38,876 bases of DNA, taken from the NCBI GenBank assembly GCA_048938025.1, contig JBHLMP010000035.1, positions 1-38,876 on the forward strand. Reading direction: 5' to 3'. A program made the translations under genes and the position numbers. This stretch comes from Promethearchaeota archaeon (GTDB lineage: Archaea > Asgardarchaeota > Lokiarchaeia > Sigyniarchaeales > SOKP01). The notes beneath the pieces are model-generated. The model did no database searches, was not told the origin of the DNA, and saw only the letters and a program-made list of their open reading frames with translations. Below are positions 18,418-28,341 of this stretch, piece after piece; within the stretch, counting starts at the first letter, position 1; each line of letters opens with the position of its first letter.

Positions 18418-19797
18418 ATGACTAAGAAACAAGATAAAAATAAGTTTTTAGAAGATCTGGCAACCGCAGTTGATCAATTTATAGATCATTCATATAATAG
18501 AATTATTGCCATTTCTCACAATGATGCTGATGGGATAAGTAGTTTACATATTATTCAAAATCTTTTACATAAATTGAATATGGATTATGATTATTTTATA
18601 TATAATAGATCAGTTTCTTGGGAGAACTACCTAAATGGTATCTTCTCTAAAAGACAAACTGATAAAACAGCTTTTATTTTTACTGACATAGGTTCTAATT
18701 TAAATGATTTAATTCCAATCATTAATAGAAGAAAAGAAAATTTTTTTATACTTGATCATCATGAGGTAGAAGATAATCTTCATCGAGATAAGTATCCTGA
18801 AAACCTATTTTTTGTAAATCCAACTATTCATGGTTATGATGGACTTGATCACATAGCCGGTGCAACTTTAGCTTATATGTTTGCTAAGCAAATTAAGGCA
18901 TCTATCATAAAACAAGGTTGGCTAACTATTATAGGAATAGCTGGAGATTCGTTAAAGTCAATGGATAAACTTAAATCATTTAACAGAGAAATATATGAAG
19001 AGTTGATAGATGAAGAACTTATAGAAGATAAAGAGGGTTTAATACTATTTGGAAGTATGCATGAATCGATAAAAAATGGATTAAAAAATAGCATATTGCC
19101 TTATATTAATGGATTAGGCGGTGAATCCGATCAAAAAATTAAATCATTCTTAAATGAATTAAATATTAGTCCAAAAACTAGAGTTGTCGATTTAAATAAT
19201 TCTGAAATCCAATCTATTCAAAATAAAGCTAATTTTAATAGTCTTGGTCACTATGCTTTATTACCTCAAAAATTTGGTATGTTAAATTTTGCATTTGAAC
19301 ACGCTTTATTATTAAATATTTTATGCTTTAAGAACATTAGTGCTGCGATTTCGATGATCCAACTAAAAACAATAACTCGCTATGCTAAAAATTTATATTT
19401 AGAATATATTAGCAATCTTGCTGGAAATTTGAAAGCACTTTCAAGCGAATTACCACGTTATGAAACAAATAAAGCAATATTTATAGATGTTAAAGGGAAG
19501 ATTGCTCCTAGTAACTGGTCAGATACAGCTAGCTTTAGTACTGTTAATGAAATTCTTGATCCATATAAACTCTTATTTTTAGGCGGACTTGAAAAAAAAT
19601 CGGGAACTATTAAATTAAGTATTAGATGTTCTAGGCAATATTTAGAGAGGAATAAAGGTATTGGGGTAAATGATATTATTACAAAAATAAAGAATGAGCT
19701 GGGAGGGGTTGGAGGCGGTCATAAGTTAGCAGGGGGTCTTAGATTATCAAAACAATCTTTCATGCGGTTGAAATCAAACATAGACAATTATATTTAA
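18418..19797 (+). CDS. DHH family phosphoesterase, RecJ/Cdc45-like
   Basis: SHNDADG, FTDIG, LDHH and GGGHKLAGG (DHHA1) motifs. Confidence 0.9.
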   Translation: MTKKQDKNKFLEDLATAVDQFIDHSYNRIIAISHNDADGISSLHIIQNLLHKLNMDYDYFIYNRSVSWENYLNGIFSKRQTDKTAFIFTDIGSNLNDLIPIINRRKENFFILDHHEVEDNLHRDKYPENLFFVNPTIHGYDGLDHIAGATLAYMFAKQIKASIIKQGWLTIIGIAGDSLKSMDKLKSFNREIYEELIDEELIEDKEGLILFGSMHESIKNGLKNSILPYINGLGGESDQKIKSFLNELNISPKTRVVDLNNSEIQSIQNKANFNSLGHYALLPQKFGMLNFAFEHALLLNILCFKNISAAISMIQLKTITRYAKNLYLEYISNLAGNLKALSSELPRYETNKAIFIDVKGKIAPSNWSDTASFSTVNEILDPYKLLFLGGLEKKSGTIKLSIRCSRQYLERNKGIGVNDIITKIKNELGGVGGGHKLAGGLRLSKQSFMRLKSNIDNYI

Positions 19798-19809
19798 ATC
19801 ATTGAAACT

Positions 19810-20106
19810 ATGTCATTTATCGAGAAAATAAATACTAAAAGCTATTTACTTCATATTTATGCAAAACCGAACTCTAAAAGACAGGATCTTTTAGACGATG
19901 GTAAATATTTAATTATATATCTTCAATCCAAAGCGATTCAAAATAAAGCTAATAAAGAATTATTCTCTTTTTTAAAAAAAAAATTAAATGTCTCAAATAC
20001 TCATATAGAGATTGTTTCTGGAGCAAAAACATCTAATAAATTAATACAAGTTACATTTTCTAAAGAAATTGAAGAAGATGAAGTTATTAGTAAACTATTA
20101 GGTTAA
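19810..20106 (+). CDS. DUF167 / UPF0235 (YggU-like) protein
   Basis: AKPNSK, KANKEL and IEIVSGAKTSNK motifs. Confidence 0.88.
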   Translation: MSFIEKINTKSYLLHIYAKPNSKRQDLLDDGKYLIIYLQSKAIQNKANKELFSFLKKKLNVSNTHIEIVSGAKTSNKLIQVTFSKEIEEDEVISKLLG

Positions 20107-20119
20107 CATTTTCTAAAAA

Positions 20120-20470
20120 TTAACTTCCAATTTTTTTCATACGACCACATTTTAAACATATAATAAAATGAGTCATTCCTTCATCAGCTCTTCTTGTTTG
20201 GCGAGTTTCTAAGTGAGCTTTATCATAACCACAACTAGGGCATTTAAAATTCTTTATAGTGCTCCTTAAATTCTTTTCTTTCCAGTTCATTACTTCAGTA
20301 AGATTTGTAACTTCACTACGGATAGAATGTTCAATCTTTGTAGTTAATTTATAAGCATCTAATTTATCTTCTGAAAAAGGTTTTATTGCTCCACATTTAC
20401 ATTTAAAAACCTTTTTTCCATTCTTGTTCGAAGGAAGCATCATACTTCCACATTCATCACAGAATTCCAT
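20120..20470 (-). CDS. tfs: Transcription factor S (TFS/RpoM family)
   Basis: Two zinc ribbons (CDEC..CKC; CPSC..CLKC) and QTRRADE with the acidic dipeptide. Confidence 0.93.
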   Translation of the reverse strand: MEFCDECGSMMLPSNKNGKKVFKCKCGAIKPFSEDKLDAYKLTTKIEHSIRSEVTNLTEVMNWKEKNLRSTIKNFKCPSCGYDKAHLETRQTRRADEGMTHFIICLKCGRMKKIGS

Positions 20471-20550
20471 TGTTTTCTGATCTATTTTAAGATTGTTAAA
20501 TTTTATTCCTTAAATTTATTTAAAAACTTATATCAAATATTTTTTTGGAT

Positions 20551-21534
20551 TTAAAATCTTAATCCAAAAATTAAAGCACAAAATATTATTCCTGTAATGA
20601 GATCTGCTGTAGTTCCAGGATTCATTTTTCCTCCCTTTTCCTGTAGTTCGTTATCTAAATTAAATGTTAATTTTAATCCTTCATCAGAAGAAATTCCTCC
20701 CATTTGTATAATTTTTGATGCTAAATTAGAGACATATTGTGCTGATTTTAAACCTGATTTTCTGATAATTAATGTATCAGGATGTAGTGAAAGTAATTTT
20801 AAATATGTATTAACTGTGGCAATATTTATATCATTATATTGATTGAATGCTCTAAAAAAATAAGGTAACCCGTCATTTAATATTATATTGAAGCCTGTTG
20901 AATATTCAAGGCTTATTAAGTCATAATCTTTTGAAAATTCAAAAATTTTTTTTAAAGTTATCTTATCTTTTTGAATATCTTTTATTGAATGATAGTCATA
21001 TACATCATACTTTTTAATTTTTCCTAAACCTCCAGGATTGCATATCCTTATAGCTTCATAGAGATTTATTGTATCATTTACAGTAGAATCATCAATAATT
21101 TTATTCAGGTAATAATTAAAATCATTAAAATGGTATTTACTTAATTTTAAACATATTGTGGTAGCTGAAACTAGAGGTGCTAATATTAGAATATGCCCTA
21201 AAAGAACGTTACCCCCCATTTGCCAGGTCATCATTTCTTTGGATGCATCTTTAAAAAGATCACCTAACCTAACGAAACTAAAATTTTGGCTTTTCTTAAT
21301 TGAGGTTGCTAGGATATTTTCACATAATTTTCTGAAATTAGGCTGGATTGCAGCTATTCCTGCTAAAAAATGTTCAAATCTGGTTTTATCAAAATTTTTT
21401 GTTCGATGAATTAACGAAATATTTCCCGGCTTAGGCCAACCAGTGACTTCTAATAAACTAGCTAAATTAATACATCTTAGTAAATCATCTATTGATTTGA
21501 TTGAAAAAATAAAATTAATATCTTTTAAAGACAC
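20551..21534 (-). CDS. citG: CitG family triphosphoribosyl-dephospho-CoA synthase-like protein
   Basis: LEV..PKPGN, NVLLG, DTLIIRK and NPGTTADL motifs. Confidence 0.88.
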   Translation of the reverse strand: MSLKDINFIFSIKSIDDLLRCINLASLLEVTGWPKPGNISLIHRTKNFDKTRFEHFLAGIAAIQPNFRKLCENILATSIKKSQNFSFVRLGDLFKDASKEMMTWQMGGNVLLGHILILAPLVSATTICLKLSKYHFNDFNYYLNKIIDDSTVNDTINLYEAIRICNPGGLGKIKKYDVYDYHSIKDIQKDKITLKKIFEFSKDYDLISLEYSTGFNIILNDGLPYFFRAFNQYNDINIATVNTYLKLLSLHPDTLIIRKSGLKSAQYVSNLASKIIQMGGISSDEGLKLTFNLDNELQEKGGKMNPGTTADLITGIIFCALIFGLRF

Positions 21535-21581
21535 AATTAATGATGTTTTAGTAATTTAATTAATTTTTAAGAAAAGCAGAT

Positions 21582-21893
21582 TTAATAATAACTTAATTCA
21601 ATAATTTTTCTCTCTTTTACAGAATATCCTTCTTTATCCATGGACTTAAATGAGATTGGTCTAAACTCTTGCTTTAAACCGTTCTTATAAAGAAATTTTT
21701 TTATTCTAAGTCTAATTGCTCTCTTGGATAATTTACTAGGCATTTCAATATCAAGATCATTTCCACTACGATTAATATTAATTTGAGGTAGGGCTTCACT
21801 CATAAATCTAATTAGATCAACAACATACTGTTCACTTTTAAAGCTTAAATCTTTAACATTGATCGTAATTTGCTTAGTTATTGCTTCACTCAT
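21582..21893 (-). CDS. rpl22e: Ribosomal protein eL22 (L22e)
   Basis: LSKRAIRLRIKKFLYKNGLKQEFR..KEGY resembles the eL22 SKRYLKYLTKKYLKK..LR..Y motif; size also fits. Confidence 0.8.
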   Translation of the reverse strand: MSEAITKQITINVKDLSFKSEQYVVDLIRFMSEALPQININRSGNDLDIEMPSKLSKRAIRLRIKKFLYKNGLKQEFRPISFKSMDKEGYSVKERKIIELSYY

Positions 21894-22051
21894 AATTTAT
21901 TCAGTTTAGGAATTATTCACTCTATAAGATAATTAAAAATCTTATTAATTTTTTATGATTTTATTTGTATATTATATTATCATTTTAAGTTGTGTTAATA
22001 TTATTTCAAATAAATAATTAAAAATCTAAAAAGTAACAAGTGTGAATAATA

Positions 22052-23329
22052 GTGCATTACGTTGATTTAAATTATGAGCCAAATAAAGACGATCTTATTG
22101 TAATGTATTATGTAGAAAAATCTATAGGTTGTAAAACTATACAGCAAGCCTGCGAGGAAATCGCAAAAGAAAGTTCAATTGGAACATGGACAGATATTGT
22201 AACGATGTCTAAGGATATAGCAAAAAGACTAAGACCTTCTGCTTATTATATTGATGAACCTCGGGGATTAGTAAAAATAGCATATACTAAAGATCTCTTT
22301 GAGGGCGACAATATGTCTCAAATATTAAGTGCTATTGCCGGTAACATTTATGGAATGAAGGCATTAGACAATTTAAGACTATTAGATATCTCTTTTCCAA
22401 AAAGTATGGTAGAGGTATATAAAGGACCAAAATTTGGGATAAAAGGGATAAGAAAATTAACAAAAGTAACGGATCGTCCCCTACTTGGCACGATTGTAAA
22501 ACCGAAAGTAGGATTAAATGAAATAGAACACGCAACAGTGTGTGGTCAGGCATGGTCCGGAGGCTTAGATATTGTAAAAGATGATGAAAATTTAACAAGT
22601 ATGACATTTAATAAATTTGAGAAAAGAATTGAGGAAACTTTAAAAATTCGAGACAAAATAGAGATTGAAACAGGAGAGAAAAAGATCTATATGCCAAATA
22701 TAACAGCTCCATTAAGTATCATGAAAAAGAGAGCTGACCATGTTATTGACCATGGTGGTGAATATATAATGCTCGACTTTCTTACTGTGGGATTCTCTGC
22801 ATTACAAGAAATCAGAGATTATCTCGATGATAAAAATATTGTAATTCATGCCCACAGAGCCATGCACGCTGCTCTAACTCGAAATAAAAAGCATGGAATT
22901 ACGATGTTGGCATTATCTAAAATTGTGAGATTAATAGGAATGGATCAACTTCATACAGGTACAGTTGTGGGAAAAATGGAGGGAGGAAAACGAGAAGTAT
23001 TAGAATGTAATGAAATACTAACCGCACAAAAGAATTTTAATAATAATGAAACAATGCTTGACCAAGATTGGGGAAATATTAAACCAACTTTACCTGTAGC
23101 TTCAGGAGGATTGAGTCCATTACATGTTCCAGAATTGATTGATATATTGGGCAAGGATTTAGTATATCAATTCGGAGGAGGTTGCCATGGGCATCCTAAT
23201 GGAACCGAAGCTGGAGCTAAAGCTATTAGACAAGCTGTAGATGCTACTCTACAAGGATTTGAATTAGATGAATATGCAAAAAACAATTATGAATTAGCGA
23301 AAGCAATTGAAAAATGGGGCATAAAGTAG
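22052..23329 (+). CDS. rbcL: Form III ribulose-bisphosphate carboxylase large subunit
   Basis: ESSIGTW, GTIVKPKVGL, DIVKDDENL, HAHRAMHAA, HTGTVVGKMEG, VASGGL and GGGCHGHP motifs. Confidence 0.96.
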   Translation: MHYVDLNYEPNKDDLIVMYYVEKSIGCKTIQQACEEIAKESSIGTWTDIVTMSKDIAKRLRPSAYYIDEPRGLVKIAYTKDLFEGDNMSQILSAIAGNIYGMKALDNLRLLDISFPKSMVEVYKGPKFGIKGIRKLTKVTDRPLLGTIVKPKVGLNEIEHATVCGQAWSGGLDIVKDDENLTSMTFNKFEKRIEETLKIRDKIEIETGEKKIYMPNITAPLSIMKKRADHVIDHGGEYIMLDFLTVGFSALQEIRDYLDDKNIVIHAHRAMHAALTRNKKHGITMLALSKIVRLIGMDQLHTGTVVGKMEGGKREVLECNEILTAQKNFNNNETMLDQDWGNIKPTLPVASGGLSPLHVPELIDILGKDLVYQFGGGCHGHPNGTEAGAKAIRQAVDATLQGFELDEYAKNNYELAKAIEKWGIK

Positions 23330-23340
23330 TTAAATTATAA

Positions 23341-24273
23341 TTAAACCATTTCAGGGTACAATTTAGCAAAATAGTTTGAAACATGACTCGAAGCAAATAT
23401 ACCCGCTTCTGTAATTAAACCATCAATATACCTTCTACTTACAGTTTCGAATGCTGGATTTAAAATTTCAATTCCTTCTGGAGGATCTTCCCATATTTCG
23501 TGGGGATCTCTCATTTCGATGGTTTCTAAAATTCCAAGATTAGTCTCTGGATTGTATTTTAATAAAGGAGATGCAACATAAAAAGGTACATGTTCTTCAT
23601 GAGCTACTAGTGCTAATAACCTTGAACCAATTTTATTGATAATAGTTCCCTCAGAAGTTATACTATCGGCACCAATTAAAATTAAATCAACTTGATAATG
23701 TCTTACAGCCCATCTCATCGCACTATCAACAACATGAATTACCTCCACACCCGCTTTCAATAATTGTTTTGCCGTTTTGCGACCTTGCAGTCTAGGCTGT
23801 GTTTCGGTATTAATAACTTTAAAATCTTTTCCTTGCTTTTTAGCTTCTAAAAGTATTGCAGTCACCAGACTGGAATGACAATGTGTCATTACAATGAATT
23901 TTTTACCTGCAGTAGGAAAACGTCTTGCACCAATCTCTGCAATTCTTCTCTTTGAACTTTTTAGCAAATCATAATATTGATTCTTATATTTTTCAATGAT
24001 ATCAGAAATATATTCAGCAATGCAGGTATCTTTTTCTTGTTCCAATTTGTTCATAATAAATTTTAAACCATTTCTCATAGCTGGTTCTGTTGGTCTAGTA
24101 TTAATCAAGATATCTTTTGCATTATAGAGATCCTCAAAACATTTCTCAATATTCTCAGATTTTAATCTTTTAGCATAATTACTTAAAAAATCAATAGCAC
24201 TAGTGGCGACATTACTGGCTCCCTGGATCTCCAACGATTTTATTCTTTCAGCATCTTTTAATAATTGATTCAT
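23341..24273 (-). CDS. Ribose-1,5-bisphosphate isomerase (eIF2B-like family)
   Basis: IQGA, TRPTEPAMRN, MTHCHS, GADSI, NKIGS and NPAFE motifs; adjacent to form III RuBisCO. Confidence 0.88.
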   Translation of the reverse strand: MNQLLKDAERIKSLEIQGASNVATSAIDFLSNYAKRLKSENIEKCFEDLYNAKDILINTRPTEPAMRNGLKFIMNKLEQEKDTCIAEYISDIIEKYKNQYYDLLKSSKRRIAEIGARRFPTAGKKFIVMTHCHSSLVTAILLEAKKQGKDFKVINTETQPRLQGRKTAKQLLKAGVEVIHVVDSAMRWAVRHYQVDLILIGADSITSEGTIINKIGSRLLALVAHEEHVPFYVASPLLKYNPETNLGILETIEMRDPHEIWEDPPEGIEILNPAFETVSRRYIDGLITEAGIFASSHVSNYFAKLYPEMV

Positions 24274-24361
24274 AAATAATCACATCCATTTGCATTCTTT
24301 TAAAAAGAATAAAAATTCTAATATATAAAATTTGATGTTATATACTTTATTTTTGATGTTC

Positions 24362-24547
24362 TTAATCTTCTTCTTGATCCAATTTATAGTCTTCTGAATC
24401 GACTTCTATATAAAAGCGACCTGTATAGCCACAATTAGTACATTCAAAGAAATCAGCACCTAACCAACCCGAAACATTCGTAGCACTTTTTAATTTTGGT
24501 TTTCTGCAATTGGGGCAAATTCTGATATTTACCATAACAAGTGTCAA
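24362..24547 (-). CDS. Small zinc-ribbon protein
   Basis: CPNC...SGWL...CTNCGYTG. Confidence 0.75.
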   Translation of the reverse strand: MTLVMVNIRICPNCRKPKLKSATNVSGWLGADFFECTNCGYTGRFYIEVDSEDYKLDQEED

Positions 24548-24754
24548 TTTTCATTTATTGATAGCTTAACTAATTTACTAAGTCCGTTACTAATATATTT
24601 TAATTTCGGTTAAAATGTATGATTATATTCAAAAATAATAAATTAAATTTAATCTCCCTTACTATTAATTATATCATACCCCCTCTATTAATAAAAATAC
24701 AAAGATCAATGGACTAATAAATAATAATTCTAATTTAGGATTTTAATATATTTC

Positions 24755-26581
24755 ATGAAGGAATTAGAACTACAGCGAAAAAGTTTACCAAATGAACCTG
24801 GAGTTTATCTGTTTATCGATAAAAGTGAGAATATTATCTATATCGGTAAAGCTTTGAATCTCAGAAAAAGGGTTAATCAATATTTCTTAAAGACAAGTTA
24901 TAGTGATCCTTACTATGAAGAAAAGATCAATGAACTCGTTAAAAACATTCATTCCATTGATTATATTGTAACCCAAAACGAAAAAGAAGCTTTAATTTTA
25001 GAAAATATTCAAATAAAGAAGCATAAACCCCACTTCAATGTAATAATGAGGGATTCCAAAACATATCCTTGGGTTGCAATTTTCTACTCTGAAGATTTCC
25101 CTAGAATTCGTGTACTTAGAAATCCTCATAAATTTGGAAAGAAGAATCTCTATTTAGGTCCCTATACAGATAAAAAGGAGATTATAAGAATATTAAGAGA
25201 TTTAAGAAAGATTTTTCCCTATTGTTCATGTAAAAAACCTACTAGAAAAAGATCTAGACCTTGTTTATATTATCAATTAAAATTATGTCCTGGGCCTTGC
25301 TTCAGTTCTATTACTAAAGAGGAGTATCAAGAGAATGTTAAAAAAATCGAATTGTTTTTAAAAGGAGAAACAAGTGAACTACAAAAACAACTTAAAGAAA
25401 AAATGAGTAATGCAGCTAATGAGCAGAATTTTGAGCAAGCAGCGTTATGGAGAGATAAATTAGAGGATATAACGCATGCTACTGATAAACAATACGTACT
25501 ATTCGATCAAGTAGCAAATAAAGATGTTATTGGGTATTATATAAAGGCAAATTATATGGCAATGGTTATTATCCATATTCGAGAGGGGAGAATTACAAAG
25601 AAAAGTTCTTTTACCTTTGATTTAAGTGAAAAACTAATTCAAAAGGATGAAACTTTCAATTCTATTCTAGAACAGTACTACCAAGATTTTAAAACACAGC
25701 TTCCTGATTCTATTGTTATTCCTGAATTAAATAAAAGGTTTGAATTATTGAAAGGATATTTAAGGGATATCAAAGAAAACATACAATTAAGAACTCCATT
25801 AGATGATTATGAAATTAGTTTGCTTCGAATTGCCAATAAAAACGCAATAGTTATGGTTGAGCAGCAAATTCAAATGGAAGATATAAAAATGGATGAACAG
25901 GAATATAGAGAACAAGTTCTAAAGGAAACGAAACAGATTCTAAATCTTCCAAAGAAACCTAAGATTATTGAAGGATTTGATATTTCAAATATCGAAGGTA
26001 AAGATGCAACAGGGTCTATGGTTTATTTCTTGGATGCTAAACCCTATAATAAAAATTATCGCCACTATAAAATTAAGTCAAAATCAACTCCGGATGATGT
26101 AGCAATGATGAAAGAAGTTATTAAAAGGAGATATACAATGCTTTTAGAAAGAAATTATGAATTGCCAGACTTAATATTAGTCGATGGTGGAAAAGGACAA
26201 CTGAATGCAGGAGTTTCTATTTTAAATGAATTGGGTCTTGATATTCCAATTATTGGATTAGCTAAAAAATTTGAAGAAATCTATATTCCTGGAGAGAAAG
26301 AACCGATTGTCCTTCCAGAAGATTCCTCAACTTTAAAATTATTCCAAAGAATTCGGGATGAGGCTCATAGATTCGCTGTAAGATTACATAAGAAGCAAAG
26401 AGAAAAACGTATAGTAGGTTCAATTTTAGAAAGTATAAAAGGTATTGGACCAGCAACTAGTAACAAATTGCTTAAACATTTTGGGAGCATTGAAGGTGTT
26501 AAAAATGCTTCTCTTGAAGAATTAACTCAATTAGTAGGTAAAAAAATAGCTGAAAATATTAAGAATAATTTAAATATGTAA
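24755..26581 (+). CDS. uvrC: Excinuclease ABC subunit C
   Basis: GIY-YIG (PGVYLF..IYIGKA), Cys cluster, UVR domain, FDIS, DGGKGQ, RDEAHRFA and HhH. Confidence 0.97.
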   Translation: MKELELQRKSLPNEPGVYLFIDKSENIIYIGKALNLRKRVNQYFLKTSYSDPYYEEKINELVKNIHSIDYIVTQNEKEALILENIQIKKHKPHFNVIMRDSKTYPWVAIFYSEDFPRIRVLRNPHKFGKKNLYLGPYTDKKEIIRILRDLRKIFPYCSCKKPTRKRSRPCLYYQLKLCPGPCFSSITKEEYQENVKKIELFLKGETSELQKQLKEKMSNAANEQNFEQAALWRDKLEDITHATDKQYVLFDQVANKDVIGYYIKANYMAMVIIHIREGRITKKSSFTFDLSEKLIQKDETFNSILEQYYQDFKTQLPDSIVIPELNKRFELLKGYLRDIKENIQLRTPLDDYEISLLRIANKNAIVMVEQQIQMEDIKMDEQEYREQVLKETKQILNLPKKPKIIEGFDISNIEGKDATGSMVYFLDAKPYNKNYRHYKIKSKSTPDDVAMMKEVIKRRYTMLLERNYELPDLILVDGGKGQLNAGVSILNELGLDIPIIGLAKKFEEIYIPGEKEPIVLPEDSSTLKLFQRIRDEAHRFAVRLHKKQREKRIVGSILESIKGIGPATSNKLLKHFGSIEGVKNASLEELTQLVGKKIAENIKNNLNM

Positions 26582-26589
26582 AAAAAAAA

Positions 26590-27852
26590 TTATTTTAAAT
26601 ATTCATCTTTTATCCTTGAAAGTAATGCAACTATTATCATTATACTACCTAATAGTATAAATGTCGCACTAAGATTCCACATTACAAGAAATCCAATTAC
26701 CGGGTAAAGAACTGTTCTTAAAAGACTCCCAATCATATTAATAGTGCTCAACACAGTTGCTCTGTTATTAGTTTCAATTTGTTTGTTTATTCCCTTTATT
26801 AGAAGTAAATCACGAGAAATACCGAAACCAATAACGATTAGAATTAAAGCAATGCTAACTGGAACAAAGTATATTGTGGCCATAAGTATAAAACCTATAC
26901 CAGGTATCATCGTATAAAATTGGAGAAATACCTTCTTATTCTTGTATCTTTTCTCCAATTTTGATACTAGATTTGTAAAGATAATTTCAACGATCGTCAT
27001 AACAGCAGCAACAAGTCCAAATAGAGCCAGTTGAAAACCTAGCTGTTCCAAGTATAACTGATACATCCAAAATATAAAAAATACAACTGAATCTATCATT
27101 ATGAGATCGATTGCTATAATTCTTAAAACGCTATTCCTTGTTAACTCTTTAAAACCGGATCGTACTATTTTGAAATAGTTTTCAGTCTCATCTTTTTCTA
27201 AATCATGGTTTGGTTCTTTGAGTGTCAATGATATAAATGTTGCTAATATAAAAGGAAAAAACATAAAGCTCATTGTTAGTGATAATGAAAGAACTACGCC
27301 AATTATTGAGCCAATTGGTGCTGAAATCCCTACACCTATTAAAAAATAACTTCTATTTCTTGCCATAACCTTTGAAATCTCTTCTTCTTTTCCCATCTTT
27401 CTTAAAGTATCATAGGAAAAAGCCTGATCTGTTCCAGAAGTGAAAGCGTTTCCAAGTGCAAATAGAGTCTCTCCAATCGCAAAAATTACTATGTTAGGAT
27501 AACTCGCATATACCAGTGCCGCTAAGGCTGTCGATAAACCTCCTAAAATTAGAGAAAGTTTTCTACTTATGTAATCTGCTATAGCTCCACACGGAATTTC
27601 GAAGATTAATATCATGATAGTAAAGTAGCTCTGTAAGAACATAACCTCGATAAAAGTTAATTTTCCCCACGTCAAGAAAAATGGTATTAAAACACCTGAA
27701 ATCAAATGGCATCCCATAAAAAAGCGAACTAGATACAACTTATGTATATTTGACTGCCATGCACCTATATCAAGATAGTTATTTTCTAAACCTGGTTGAG
27801 ATTGAACTATTCTATCCCCAGTGCATTCCTTTAATTCTGTCATTTTATACAC
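26590..27852 (-). CDS. MFS transporter
   Basis: FEIPCGAIADYISRK motif A variant, SGTDQA, about 12 TM segments. Confidence 0.9.
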   Translation of the reverse strand: MYKMTELKECTGDRIVQSQPGLENNYLDIGAWQSNIHKLYLVRFFMGCHLISGVLIPFFLTWGKLTFIEVMFLQSYFTIMILIFEIPCGAIADYISRKLSLILGGLSTALAALVYASYPNIVIFAIGETLFALGNAFTSGTDQAFSYDTLRKMGKEEEISKVMARNRSYFLIGVGISAPIGSIIGVVLSLSLTMSFMFFPFILATFISLTLKEPNHDLEKDETENYFKIVRSGFKELTRNSVLRIIAIDLIMIDSVVFFIFWMYQLYLEQLGFQLALFGLVAAVMTIVEIIFTNLVSKLEKRYKNKKVFLQFYTMIPGIGFILMATIYFVPVSIALILIVIGFGISRDLLLIKGINKQIETNNRATVLSTINMIGSLLRTVLYPVIGFLVMWNLSATFILLGSIMIIVALLSRIKDEYLK

Positions 27853-28341
27853 CTTTTTTAATATTTTTTTGAAATTTTTCTTTTAAATAAAAAACATATT
27901 TGGATCTTCAAGTTTACGAGCGAGCAAAATGAGTAAATGGGCTAATTTACGAATCTCTAGACAAAAGAAGAAGATTACAATGCAAAAGCAGATCAGATTA
28001 AAAAGAATCAGAAAGTAGTTGTTAATTATCTCAGAGGAAAAGTATTAGCGTATTGTTGATTTTAATATTTTCACATGATTTTTACTATAAAACCTAAATA
28101 TCTTGAGGTTTTAGCAGCTGAATTACCAATAGATGGATCATGGACTAATATATTTTCTCCATAATTATCAATCCATCTATAATCTAATATTTTCATGGAA
28201 CAATCAACAAATATGTTTAATATAATTTTATATTATACTAATACTTATAAATATACCGTATGGATTTGTAGTCAACATATAGAAAATGGGAAACAAATGG
28301 GAAATCTTCTCTTAGTTTTTTCTGAATCAGGATGAGAAGAT

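Noticed and set aside
21405-21425. Apparent 3-aa insertion in CitG (PKPGN-ISL-IHR) as a mini-intron
   Set aside because: Nine nucleotides is too short, and I found no 4-bp central helix with bulges.
22052-23329. RuBisCO as evidence of Calvin-cycle autotrophy
   Set aside because: Form III enzyme next to R15P isomerase, with no small subunit or phosphoribulokinase in the window.
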